Of a stretch of DNA of 64,000 nucleotides, positions 1 to 14,100 are shown in pieces. Position numbers and translations under genes: made by a program. The first letter of the stretch is position 1; the number at the start of each line of letters is the position of its first letter. The stretch is from Schmidtea polychroa (taxonomy: Eukaryota), in the NCBI GenBank assembly GCA_044892525.1, contig CM097885.1, forward strand, positions 33,978,001 through 34,042,000. The letters run 5' to 3'. Under the pieces are notes generated by a model, which was not told the DNA's origin, did not search any database, and saw nothing but the letters and a program-made list of their open reading frames with translations.

Positions 1-1947
1 ATTTTTATTATTTAACCAGCGAAACAAAGTCAAATAAAAGATAAGAAAAAAACATGCAAAGGTTCCTATTGAAAAATGAATAATTTCATTGTGTGCTTAT
101 TGCCGAAGATGATAGCAATAATTCTTCAATTAAAAAAGTTATTTTTGCAAAAAATAATATTTTTTAATGTGTTAGACTTGTAATAAATTCATAATTTGTT
201 CTTGAATATATCAGTGTTGATTAATAGTGAAGGATTTTATATTTATCATTCTTTTCCATTTGTTCATTCGTAAGATCAAAGCTGAAAGACTTTATTTTAT
301 TACTAAAATAAGAAATTTATAAAAAATATTTGAAGACAGTGTTTAAATAGTATTTCTGTCTGAACATAATCATTATATATTCTTAGCAACACAATGCAAT
401 TATGTTAGTTTATTCTTTATCTTTTCGATTATTAATTGTATATATAAATTTTATTATCTTTTTCAAATGTTGAAAATAAGGACCAAGATCTAAACATTAA
501 ACTTTAATCACATTGCTGCACTATTAAGAATTACAAAAATTCGTTTGAAGTATATAAACCAGTGATTGTAAGCTTTCTATAAATTTATTTCAACCTTCTC
601 TCTACATAGCAATCCAAAAAAGGAAGACCAGAATTCACTTCTTCAGTCGTAAATTGTGTATTCTTATTAGAGCAACTCATACATATTCTAAAAACTATAA
701 CTCCTTTTCCCAGTAGTGTGGTGTCAAATATTTAACTATTGGACAAAACTAAAAGTAATGGAGCTATGTTTGTCCCTATTGAAGTGCAAAGAATTGCTCA
801 TGAATCTGAAAGATACGCTTTGGATTTAATGAAAGAAGGATTACGAAATAAAGAAAGGCACGTGTATATGAAACCTTGAAATTCTTGAAATGATGACAGT
901 TGTGTTGTATTATGTTTCAAAAGTCGTCAATAAATACATTTTTGAAGTTCTTCTGGGTATTAATGTTTGCAGAAAACAGGGACCAAAGCTAAAAATTTTA
1001 TTTGGCCCTTTTATAATTTTTTTTAACAAAAAGGTTAATTTATTTCCTGCTGTTATACAGTTAAAATAATAATTTAATTTCGAAAATAATATTACATTCA
1101 TTCATATATAAAAGATACAATTCATAAATAAAAAAACATTAACTTTAAAAAACAAATAATTAATTAATATATAATAAAATCTATAAATTGATTGTAATTT
1201 AAAATAGAAATTCAAATTTTTTAATTATGAGTTAAATGTCAATAATTTTTTAATTTAAAATTTAAAAACTCAACTATATTATGAAATTTTTTTCAACAAA
1301 ATTAACAAAAAACTGACTTCCAATAACAAGCTCGGAGAGTTTCAAAAATTTTAACAAGCGACGCCCTACAGACTGACCAAACCGTTACCAGTATACTAGA
1401 GCTTATATCTGATTAGAAAAGAGTAAAAATATATCATAAAGATGTCGCTGGGATTTCTTAGATTCCACAAATGAAAAGTCTGAAATATTATTTTTCAATT
1501 TACAAAGAAAAATAAAAACAAATGTTGGAAACAAAAGAAAACCAAAACCTCGAATTGTTGCTATTAATTACAGGTATTGTAGAGAATTTCAATAATTCAA
1601 GAAAGAAAACATAATCAACTTCATCACCATCGATCTCATTTTTATTCCCTTTACCTTCATTTTTGTGAACTATCAATCAATATTGTGTTATATTAATCGA
1701 TAGCCTAAAAAAATTGAAAATACAGAAAACATTTTAAACATTTCTGATTAAGGAAATAATTAAACTAAAATTAAGGAATATGATTAAACTTTATTAAAAT
1801 TTATTTCAATCACAAAATCTTTTAACAATTAGCAAGTTTTCAATAAGGTATTCTAATATAAAAGTAGTTTGAAGCTTGTAACAAATAATATTAGCATAAA
1901 TAGTGAATAAAAATATAACATTAAATATTAATAACCATTGAAAATAC

Positions 1948-2101
1948 TTGAATTTTGCTCAGGTTTTTTAGCTTTTAAAAGTGCATATTGATCCTTGGAA
2001 ATTTGCAACTCTTGAAGAAGTTTATCGATTTTTTCACTTTGTTTCTGTTTTTCCAAAGTTAAGTTTTCAACAGTTGATCTTAAAATATGTAGTTCATAAT
2101 C
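1948..2101 (-). CDS. USO1: USO1 exon 13 (coiled-coil start)
   Basis: DYELHILRSTVENLTLEKQKQSEKIDKLLQELQISKDQYALLKAKK; TTTAG acceptor in phase with the previous exon; donor position less certain. Confidence 0.8.
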
Positions 2102-5100
2102 CTAAATATTATAACATTTAATAAGGAGGTCATATGAATTGAATATTATTAATTTCTGTAACACATTTATGACATAGTGCATCAATAGTGGCACAGTTTA
2201 ATATAGTAGTTTAATAAATATTTTATACTCCAATATAAAATATATACACCATAGCCGCCGATAACACATGATCACCAGAAAACTAACCCCTCATATACCA
2301 TCTCAGTGGTGCATAATTTACAAATGTCAAAAATATGTTAATGTTTTAAGGTTCTATAGTATTTAAATTCATAATTTTCAATGTAATAATGTATGACTGT
2401 AACGCTATTTAAATGTTTAAAATGAATACTAATTAATTATTATTTATTGATTATTGAATACAAAAATAGCTTTTTAGAAGAAAATTAATTGTTTTGATTT
2501 ATACACGGCTAAGACAAAAAAATAATTAATTATCTAAGGCTAGAATTTAAATATGAAAAATACTAATTAATTGTAAACTAATTACTATATGAGTAACGAA
2601 TATGTTTATACAAAAATAATTTTAGAAATTCATAAATTTTATTTGATACAGCTGGAAAGTATAAGATGCTGAGATAATTAACTATCTCAAACGGAATTAA
2701 ATGCATTATCTTGAAATTTCTGCAAAAATGTTCTGCTTCCATATTTTTTAAACTTTTATCTTTTAGTGATTTTTATTTAATTTTTCTTATTTTATTTCAT
2801 ATATGTATAACTTTAATATAAATAATTAAATAAACATGGCAATAATTTATTATTTATAAAGCCCCACTCAAACACAAGTTTCATGATATATTGCAATAGT
2901 TTTCTTATCATCGTCTAGTAGAACAGAAAAAACGTTAGAGTTTATAGATTTTATATACAAATTACAAAAATTTTATTTTTTCTAAAAGTGTTTATTTTAC
3001 AATCCTCGGACGACTAATTGTGACCGAACAACATTATGTAATCCTCGGACTTTTAAATTTCGTAAACATCTGGTTTTGGAAAGCATATTATTATGCAATG
3101 ATATCTTGTTTTGATAGTGACCATCGTATCTAATTTTTGTTTTAATGAAGAAGTTGACATTTTGAATTTTTGTTTAGATGAAGTGGATTTTTTGGTTAAA
3201 TGGCTTTACTCGAAGATTTTGAGTTTATCGTATAATTTGAGTGGAGATTGTGACAGAAGTCGAATCGGAGTTATCAGACAGTGATGGTAAAGTCAGAGTG
3301 ATGTAATTTTTAAGACGCTATTTGACATAAACTAGATTTCTTTTAAAAGATACTTTTTTGAATTTCGCTTTTCCTCCAATAACATTTCTTTAAAAATATA
3401 TAACTAGATAAATTTTGATTTATATTAACTGATTTGCTATTTCGGGTTTGATAGTGCATTTTATTTCGCTTAGTTCGTTTAAAAGCAAATACTTTATTAG
3501 CTATAATCTTTTATACAATATCTTTATACCTAAAACCTCAAATTTTTTAATTGGCACCTATAACTCCTTAAATTTGCGACATGCTTACATTTCCTAATTA
3601 ATGCACATTTGCACATGTATATTTATTTTGAATAAAATCATAATCGAACAAACTTATAGAATTTCGAGACATCTAAATGGTATAAAATATCAAAATAAAT
3701 TAACAAACTCGTAAATCTAATTATTGTACTTTATTGTTAAAATTACATAAAAATTTAAATTATATGGCTTATTAAATGTTTATTAAATTATTAAATATTT
3801 GTATTAATAAAAAATATGTAGTTAAAATGTAAAATTTATTCACATAATATGTGAATTGGAGATAGTGTTAGAATTCAGTTTGAAAAACTGATAAAAAACT
3901 ATTAAAATACTAGTTTTTTAAAAAATATTTAAAAACATTAAAATTAAATTAATTTATTAAAATTTTTAAAAATAAATATTACTTGGTTTTTAATGAGATC
4001 TTTATATTGCATTACAACATGTTCATGTTCCGTAAATTGAGACATACGCTTAGCAACGACTTCGGGAGAATCAACTTCACTTAATTGCTGTATAGTTTGC
4101 AAGATTTCATCTTAAGATAATTTACTATAATAGAAACGCTTGAAAGAATTCTTACGCTCCAAAGATCTAAAAAGTCTGGTGAATTCATAATCGAATATCA
4201 AGTCCGAAGGTTTATTAAATTGCGGCTGTAAATGACGCATAGCCTTTGTGTAAGATTCTGATTTTGTCACTTGATTTAGACATTCAGTAAAAGCATCAAT
4301 ATCAAGTCGGCGTTCAATTACTTCAAAAATAGATTTTCTTCATTCAAAATGAATTATATATTTCATGTTTTCAAAATAATTACTGATCAAAGCCAGGAGT
4401 TTGACTATTATTGTATTTTATGCATATTCCCAATAACATTGCACTAAGACCTCTAATAATGACTTCATATTCGTCATTGTCAACTCCAGAAACTTCCGAA
4501 ATTAGTGAAGATAAATTATTACTGCTTTTAGAACCATTGTCGTGTTCTTCACAAATAAATTTATTAACTCCATTAGGGCAATTTGATAGCCATGTACAAA
4601 GTAGCATTAATATTCCAATTTTGGCCTAAAATTTCATAAAATAAATATTATATGATTATTACATGTGGATTTATTTGAAGAAACGAGATCAATTTTAATT
4701 ACTTTACACGTGCTCTTGACCAGTGATTCTCAACCACTGTGTCGCGAAATTTTAGATATATAATATATCGAAATAAATATATAAAATCAAAATTCAAGAC
4801 TTAAAAGTTACTTAAATTTAAAAAACTTACTTGAAAACCATTTATAAAATTGAATAAATGAAGTAAATAACTTCACTTTCTCATAAATGGTGAGTCATAT
4901 TCACTGATGCACACACCGACGTGTATGATAGAAACTTTTGTGTACCCCCAAATTTTGAAATCGTTAAAAGTGTGCTGCAACAAAAAAAGGTTAGAATCAC
5001 TGGTCTAGACCATAAGATGGCCAAACCGTGATGCGATGCACAAAACGTTTAGTATTTGGTGATTACAAGCAACGCGTTGCATCTTTGTACTCTTTTAAAA

Positions 5101-8100
5101 TAGGCACCATAACTGAATTCATATTCAGATCCATTTTTAACTCAATCCATAATTTTAAGAAATATATAGAATTTAAATCCAACATAATTGATATTCTGTG
5201 TGATACGACGTACGTATATTGGCTACATTTGTTCTTTTTAAATTTTTTTAGAGTTATCCTTTTGTATGTTTATATTTTAAATTTCTGTTATCTATTATAT
5301 TGCAAAAGAAAATGAAGAAAAGAAACCCAGCTATTGATAGTAAGCGCGATTTCAATGAACATTGGGGAAATGAATTGCTATTTATAGCAAATTCATCAAG
5401 AAAACCGTTTTGCATTGTTTGTAAAATTACTCTTTCATAATAGAAGGTATGATCTTCAGAGACATAATAAAACACAGGATCAAAATAATATAGAAAAGAT
5501 GAAGGGTCTGAGTTTCGAAAAGAATATGTAACTAAGAAAAATGAAGAAATCAGAAAAAGACAAAATATATTTGTTAAATTGTGAAGACTTGGTGAAAATG
5601 CTTTTGCATTGGCAAAATATTAACCGCTTTCTGATGAAGAAGAGATTGTTAAGCCTTGTCTCCAAATATGTGCACGCCATCTTGTTAATAAAGTTTTAGA
5701 AAGGAAGGCAGACGAAATTGCTATATCAAAGCAGACAGTTACTAGGAACTCTCTCTCTCTCTTTATCGAGGAACTCTCTCTCAGGATGCTTTTGAAAAAA
5801 TAAAATGCCAAGAAAATTATTTAAAATTATACAGTTTCTGTACTGATGTAGCGCCACCAATAATAGGTAAAGTCAATGGCTTTACAATTTTGCTTGATAA
5901 CATTTTAAAATTTTCTGTATTTAAATATCACTGCATTATACACCAAGAGGCATTGGATGGGAAAACTTTAAATATGCACATGTTATGTTACAGGCTGTGA
6001 AATGTGTGAATAAAATTAGAGCAAGAGCATTAAACAGATCAGAATTCAGAGAATAGCATAAATAGCTAGATTTGAAATATGGTGAATTTATCCTTAATTG
6101 TGAAACGTGTTTTATTCAAATTAGCTGAAATTTCACATGCATTGCTCTTTTATCTAAAAGACACATTTCAAGAAGTGAGGTCAAACATTTTCGAACTAAA
6201 ATTTTCCTGAGACACCCTAATGTACATAGAGAAAAGGTTAAACAGATAAAAAGTTAAATAAATAAATTAAATGTTAACTAACACATGATAAAATTTCAAA
6301 TTATAAAATTTCATAGACCGGTTGTATTTCTGTAACTCGGTTAAAATGAAAGAATCTAGGAAAACTTCAATATACTTTAATTTACACATCATCTATTGAA
6401 TTCTAACTTACCTTCAATATTGGTAGTTATTTACAGTTACAGAATTTTGTTTTCGCATGCAAAATTTTGCAACAATTAAATATTTTAAAGTTAAAATACT
6501 AATTTATTATTCAATCTAATTTTGGAATTTTTAAGAAAGATGTCTTATTTTAGGAATGAGTGCTCGTTTTAGAACCATTGATATGAATCATTAAAGTGAA
6601 TAAAATATCAAATATTTAATTGTAATAAATTGCACTTGGTGTTGATAAATAAACTGAATGGTAAATATTTTTTAACCTACAATATATTAAATTAAAATTC
6701 CTAACTTGAAAAAATATATTGGAAAAACTACGATTATTGGACATCCGGTTTACCAGACAAAAGAATTTGAAATGCAAAAAAAAATAACATTATTAATGTA
6801 GATTTAATGTTATTAAGATAATGGCGTGATATAGGAGCGTAAAAAAAATTTAGTTCAAAAAGATGTTGATTACTAATTTTATTAATAAATCTTTGGAAAA
6901 TTTTAGATTATTCTAAAATACAATACAATGTATTTAATATCTGGATTAAGGTGGTTTGTCAGACATTTTCGCATATCGGAAACCCGTAGGTCAGACAGTG
7001 TAATATAATCGAAGTTTTATTGTATTTACTTTTGTTTTTAATGTCACGCCATGTCTCATAATTTTGGTACTTAAAAGATTTTTTATAAACTAATGTGACT
7101 ATATGTCAACTTTAATGTCAACCGTAAAATTTTCTATGGCCTTAAATTGGCTTAAATCGACTCTGGCCTCAAAATTTGACCTCAGAGTGGCCTAAAATCG
7201 ACTATGGCCTCGAAATTTTCTATGACCTTAATGATGAGTCATCGTGAGCTCACTTCTACCTATCTACCTTCTGCTTAATCAATATCAATAAACCGTGAAA
7301 TTTCTTTATAGCTGGTAATTTCCTTCCATGAAGTCTTAGCACAATTTTATGAATTTTTTCTTTTTAGCAACGGTATAAATTGTTTTGAGAAGCAATTATT
7401 TCAAAGAAATCATTATCTAAAAGTAAATACATTTCTTCGCTAGTCTTTGTCGAATTACTATTATGTTAAAAAAATGCATTTTCTCTCCATTTTTCGTCAA
7501 AATCGCTTCCACTAATGAATTCTATCAAATTTATTTTTTGCCTCTGAAGTGGTCCTTTAAATTATCACCTTTCAGCTCACTAATATATATTTTAAAGTCA
7601 CTTAAATATATATAATTCTCAGTGATAAGTTTTCAGCTTTCAAATTACTATTAAAAAGCTAAATATTCAGAAAAGTAATTGAAAATTGAAGTTTAATTCA
7701 TGAACAATGCATACAGCTTGTAGAAATTTTTTCATTAAAATTATTGACAACTGAGAATTTTATTAGAATTTACATATTTTAATCAATTATGTCCGGATTA
7801 TCAACCTGATATAAAGTTCTTTTTTTAAGGAATACAATGCTCTTTAAATTTATATTTAGGTTAATTTAATCAAATTTAATTTGATTTTAAAATGTAAGAT
7901 TAATATTAACTTTGATCTTATGAAAATTATTTATTATTTTTTTATCATTATGATATTATCTCAAAACAAGCTTTATTTATCAGCAAATGTTACAAAATGC
8001 GTTGAGTCTACAATTCTCCCAGTCTAGGTACAAAGGACTTTCATCTTATCTCTTATTTTAATCTGATCTTTGATGATGGTACGCCAACAATCGATTTTTA

Positions 8101-11100
8101 CTATTCTGTTAGCACAATAAAAATAAAACCGGTGACTTAGCCTAATTCTGAATTGTCAGTGAATTCAACTTTATTTCGACAATGACTAGCTTGTTCATAA
8201 ATACCCTAATCACTGTATAGGAAAAGGAGGACGCTGTTTTGCACCTTGTTGTTTGGGACTACCACTATAATTGTCAATAAAAGAAACTATGGGCTGTTGA
8301 AATTGAAAACGCTTGGCTGTGATTGTTTTAGTAATGACATATCATAAATAATAATAAGTGTTATTCGATTCTTTAAAAAATTGTGAAATTATCAATAATA
8401 ATAATTTTATTTTTCTTATAATTGTTATCAAACTATTCGGCTTCAAAACTCTACGTACCCAGATTTAACATCTAAAATACAAAGTCCTTCAATATAATCA
8501 TTTAACAAGATTTAAAAGAGATTTTTGAAGTTTCGATGATAGAGAATAGATGAGAAAATTCACAAAAAATGAAATAAACCACCTGACAATAAAAATCAAT
8601 CAAATCATTATTTTATTGGGTTTCCCTGAGAATTTTAGTGGAGTTAAATAATTTTTTATTAAATAAATCTACCTGTGGCTGAATTCCTTGATTCAGCAAT
8701 AAACAGCATCGCTGTAACAATGATATGGGATTTGAATTCGAACCAGTAGCCAATTGAACCTTTAGCAATTCCTCTTTTAAAGGCACATTATTATTGATTG
8801 AGTGCATTATTGAAACCGCAGCGAACCACGTTGACAATGGATGGGAAGAAAATAAACCGACACATAATAATTTACCCGAACTATATTGATCAGAATTTCT
8901 AACTGGATATATTAATATTTTTGCAATTTAGTCTCCATAATAAATAATAGATATTTAATGAATCTTACTTACTTTCTGAAGCTTTCGGTAACAGAGTTGA
9001 AATTAAGAATTCCTTTCCAGCATAATTTTTATGCAGAAAACATTGAAAACAGTAAAGCACATAACAGCGCAATTGAAACGATTGTCCTTCATTGACCATA
9101 GATAACAACAAAACATTAATTGCCGGTTGAGGTGGCTCTGACGGAGCCATCAATTTACTAAAGAGATCTTGATTTGGTTGACAGCCCCGCATTACATCGG
9201 CAACTGTTAGAACAGTTTTCGTGAGTAATTGCGGGGGAACTCCACTGCTCATTAGAATATCGCATATTTTTTGAAAAAGTCCACAGGTTCGAATGGCATT
9301 TTGACAGCCAATTATAGCCTGACTTTTGTTATGAGGGAAAACCAGATTTCTCACAATCTATATTAATTAATATTTTATATTTTTGTATTTCAAGAATTGC
9401 TTATTCGTTGTAATCAGAGCTTTGTTTCTAAAAAAGGAACCGGAACGCCGTTTCGGTTTAAATTAAGACAATAACTGTTTCGTATTTTCTTTAACTATTT
9501 TAAATCTTGATTGTATGCTTCAATGTTCAATGTTACGAACTTTTTCAATTTTTCATCAAGTTATTATCTTCCCGACCTTTCCAAGATCGCAAAAACTATT
9601 TGTATCTTTAAACTTTACAAAGACATTCTTTAATCTCTTATCTGTTGTTATGTTTTCCCATTCATATTCTTATAATGTCTTCTAACTAAACTTACTCATT
9701 GAAATTTTATAATAACCAAAACTATTTCTACACATTCGTTAATGGAGAGCACAATCACAGCTAACGCTATTGTGACGCTAATGTAATACAATACGTAGTT
9801 CGTTCCATAATGCCTGAGACTGACTAAGAAACATGATAAACCAATCAAATCAATTGGCTTTAACACCTACACGTATGTTTGTTTATATGCATAAATTAAA
9901 TAATCTGGTTGGCTGACGTACGTACTTATAATCCTATTTTTTGTCAAATGAATGAGGTGGAATACAGAAGTGTGATAAAATGTGATCTTAAAGAAGTCGC
10001 CTGATGAAATATTTCGTGATATGGCAATTGCATATGGCAACAAATGTCTTTTTAGATCCATAATATATCGTTCGATATCATTATTCAAGCATAGCCATGA
10101 AAAGTGTGCACCAGGATTAATTTTAATTTCGGATTAAAAAATTACGCAACGTGAGGCGATTATTCGAGCTGAAAGACAATTAAGGTGGGTGAAAAAGTAT
10201 TCGAACTAGTAGTTTGATGTAGTTCAATAAAAGTTGTTTCAGTTTTTAGTGTTGTGTTTCTTTCTTAGTTAGTCCGATGCATTATTGAACAAACCACGTA
10301 TATCAATTCGACTGAAAAATATTAAATTTTAGTAAATAAATTTTGTATTCTTATATTGAGTGTTTAATTAATAGTAATATTAGAGTTCGAGTTAATAAAT
10401 ATCAACATTCTAAAACAGTATAACAATTAAATTCATATCTAGAAATTCATGATGGCATTTGTAAGAACTTATATTCGAACCGTATAAATGAAAAGTCGAA
10501 AGGTTTTACAGTATTTGTAAGATTTGATTTTTTTTATAGCAGGACTGTTTTTTGAGACAACTTTTTATCAAATTTCCATTTAGATTATAAAATTAATAAA
10601 ACAATTTTAATAATTTATATTTAATCGATAAAATAATAAAACAAAATATCATTTTAATGCTAGTCACTATAATATTTTTTAAAGAATTCAATGTCAGTTT
10701 ATAAAAAATGTAAAAAGTACTATATTTTACTCGTTAATAATATAATAGTCGTCATTAATTTGTTTGTGCGTGTGTCAGATGCATACGATTGTAAATTATT
10801 CAGAATTCATTAAAGTGAACCGAATTATATCAAATTTGACATATAAATTAGATACTGCTGATTATACTGCATAAGAATCATGCAAACAAAATTTAACTTT
10901 AAGTTACTTGAAAAATTAAAAAATTAAAATTTACAAGAAATTAACTTTATTTTTATTATCATTTTAACTTTTTCCGTCATGCTTGACGGTGGATTATACT
11001 AGTTATTGATATTTTAAAGTTTTGCTAGGAAGAAATTTAATGTAAAAAATGTAAAAATATAAATTTCAATATAAATGAACTAACACGTCGTTCCGGTATA

Positions 11101-14100
11101 AACTAAGCCCTGATTGTATTTAAGCTTAGAATTTTTTTTAATTTTTACTCCCTCTGTCCCAAAATGATAGTCCAGTTGCATTTTAGTCTTTTTCCAAAAA
11201 TGATTGTCAATAAAGAATATAAAAAATTGAACGGTTTTGTAAAACCTTTTACAGTAAAAACACATTAAATAATTTTATTTTATTGATTGAACAAATAACA
11301 AAACTGTATTTTAAGTACCACTGTTACGTATAAAAGAAATTCAAAAAAAGTCAAACTGGACTATTATTTTTGGATAGAGGGAGTAATTTTTAAGGTCAAT
11401 GTTTTTAAATTAATAAAATACTCCTACAAAAAGTGAAATAATCATATTCAGGGTTATATAAGTTATTATTACAGATAAATAAACCCATATTTACCTCAAG
11501 CATCAATTGTACATTAGCAAGTTTCTGGGGCGACCACCCATTCTCTGATTCAACATCTTCATTTTTGAATTCAAAGAATTGGGTCAAACGCTTAATATAA
11601 CTTCCTTCTTTAAAAAGTGTTTGATTTTGTGGATTATTTTCAATTAAATAGAGAATAGCTTTTAAACAATCTTCGACAATAACACCACCATCACTATCCC
11701 CTTCTTCGGAAATTATGGTTAGCAATTTATCAAATGTGTTTTCAAAAGCCACTATTTTCTGAATATTTGTATTTCCTCTTACTAAGTCAATTAATAGCAG
11801 CAAACTCTGAATTAAAAACAATTTCTTATACATTGTAATGGCGTAAAATTAAAATAGAGATATATAAATTAGATGCTTCAATAAATATTAGAGAAATCAG
11901 TTGTATAAATTAATTTTCAAACGGAAAAACTAGTTTTACATTCCATGAAAACCGATTTACCAAATCTTGAACTTAAATGTTAAAATATTCTAAATTAAAT
12001 AATTTGGATAATAAACACGTAAAATTTATGAAATTATTATACAATGGCATTATAAATTATCATTATGGCCTTCAAAAATTGACTTTAAAATTTCATTCAT
12101 CATTTTCACTACCAAACGAGAAATTTTAATAAGCTATTAGATAGTTTTTGACATTCTCTGGTTTGAATTTCAAATCTTTTGAAAGAAGCTTCTTCTTTCA
12201 ACAGCAGCGGATGTACTCTAAGCTTTTTTCAACAAGAAATACGAAGTATACGAAAAAGACGAAGAAATTTCAGTTCTATTACAATTGATAATTTCGAATA
12301 TTTCATTTATTAAGTAAAATCACTTTTTTGCGTGACCAAATGAAACCCTAAATTATGTGATCATGGATAATGTGATAATGATAATCATATCAATTATTGG
12401 TTCGAACTTATATAACATATTTTAGATATAATTACGTTATCTCTTTAATCCGAAGTTTATGAATAGATAAAAATTTATATTGAAATAAGGAAATAACACT
12501 AGATTTGACATATCAATATGTTTTAAATTAACCTCCTTTCAGTGGTCGGGTCGATCTCAAATTTTGATAGCATGCCGTGTTCTCGACAACAAATCTACTT
12601 GCCAAATTTAAGCTAAATCTGATCACGGAAAGTAGGTTAATTTGATCTAACAAAATTTCCATGGCACATACAAAGATACAAACATCAGCGAAGTTAATGA
12701 AGAGATAGTAAAAATAAAAATATTTCTTAGTCCGTCAGAAAAATCAAATATTTCATCAGTTAAAATATTGACCAAAGATTGTTTAGCGCTAGAAAATAAG
12801 ATTATGTAATAAAAAATATTTATTTAAATTTTTAATTTTATTACAAAATATATAAACATTTCAAACAAGTATTAATTATATTTTTTTACAACCATTCTTG
12901 TGAAATGGTTCAAAACACAAAATGCACAACGGCACATTACACACACATATAGTTGGATCTTTCACAGTGCTACAAAAGGCACAACGACGACAAGTTCCTT
13001 TTTCCAAATTTAATTGTAACAATGCAAACTTCACGCTGTTAGAACAATAAATTAACCAAAGAGCGTGCTCAACAAAGTATTGATGTTTATATGGGCGATA
13101 TTAGAAATATAGACCTTAAAGCAACTGATTAATATATTAACCACTTTCAGATTTGTCCTTGTGGTGGTCTTCCATTGGTTCTGCACGAAATGGAATTTTG
13201 GATTAACTTTGAAAAGAATTAAATAGACTAAAAACAAACTTTATATAACGTTTGTTTTAATATTATTTGTTTTTGTTATATTACGTTTTTTTGAAAGTAA
13301 ATAATTTTTTCATTTAAATATTTTAAAAGCGGCTGCTTTCAAAAACGTTTCAAAATATGATTAATGATTTATCATATTATTTATATTCTATAAATATGAA
13401 TCCATATTTCAATATTAACAATTTTATTCTCGTATCTTTGCTGACGAAAGATATTCTATTTTTCATTAAATTGAATCTACTGGCGAATATGTTTTTACTA
13501 TGATTTTATCTTTGCTGAATCTATTATTATTAATTTCTTGTACTGTGATTCTTTGGTATTGATTCTACAGAATCCAGTTGGTTTATTTCATGCCTCAATT
13601 ATCTGGTATTTAATTCATCACTGTCTTGAGGATATCGTTTATAAATTGTGTAATTTTCTGCCGATTTTCACAAACATATATTTAATGAAAGAATCAGTGA
13701 TGCAAAAAGGCTCCTAATTAAATGCAAACCAAATATATTTTGCAAACTAAAAAAACATTTGCACGCTATTCTTAAAAATATTTGTAAATTATAGAATAAA
13801 ATTTTCAGATATATTTCAGATACAATTTATTGTGAATTCTTAAATACAAGCATTTTTAGACAATAAAGCTTCAAATGTGTAATAAAATATGAATAGGTAT
13901 TTAAAAATGATTTAACTAAATGTTTTGTGTGATGGAAAATTTGATTTGCACTAGATTTAACAACATTTTAAATTCTACTGCACCAGTAATGCTTTTCTTG
14001 CTTTTAGATGGGGACCTCTTTCTTATGAATCCAATTTGAACATTTTTTGCTTCGCTTTGAGGGACTACAAGCTTTAGTGGGATAGCTAATCCAAAAGTGT

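Noticed and set aside
735..880. Peptide LDKTKSNGAMFVPIEVQRIAHESERY, vaguely like a P-element-type transposase C-terminus
   Set aside because: Too short and degenerate to support without a search.
7130..7232. Short repeated units (CTATGGCCTC/TAAAAT) superficially like a CRISPR array
   Set aside because: Irregular degenerate tandem repeats, no unique spacers, eukaryotic context, no cas genes.
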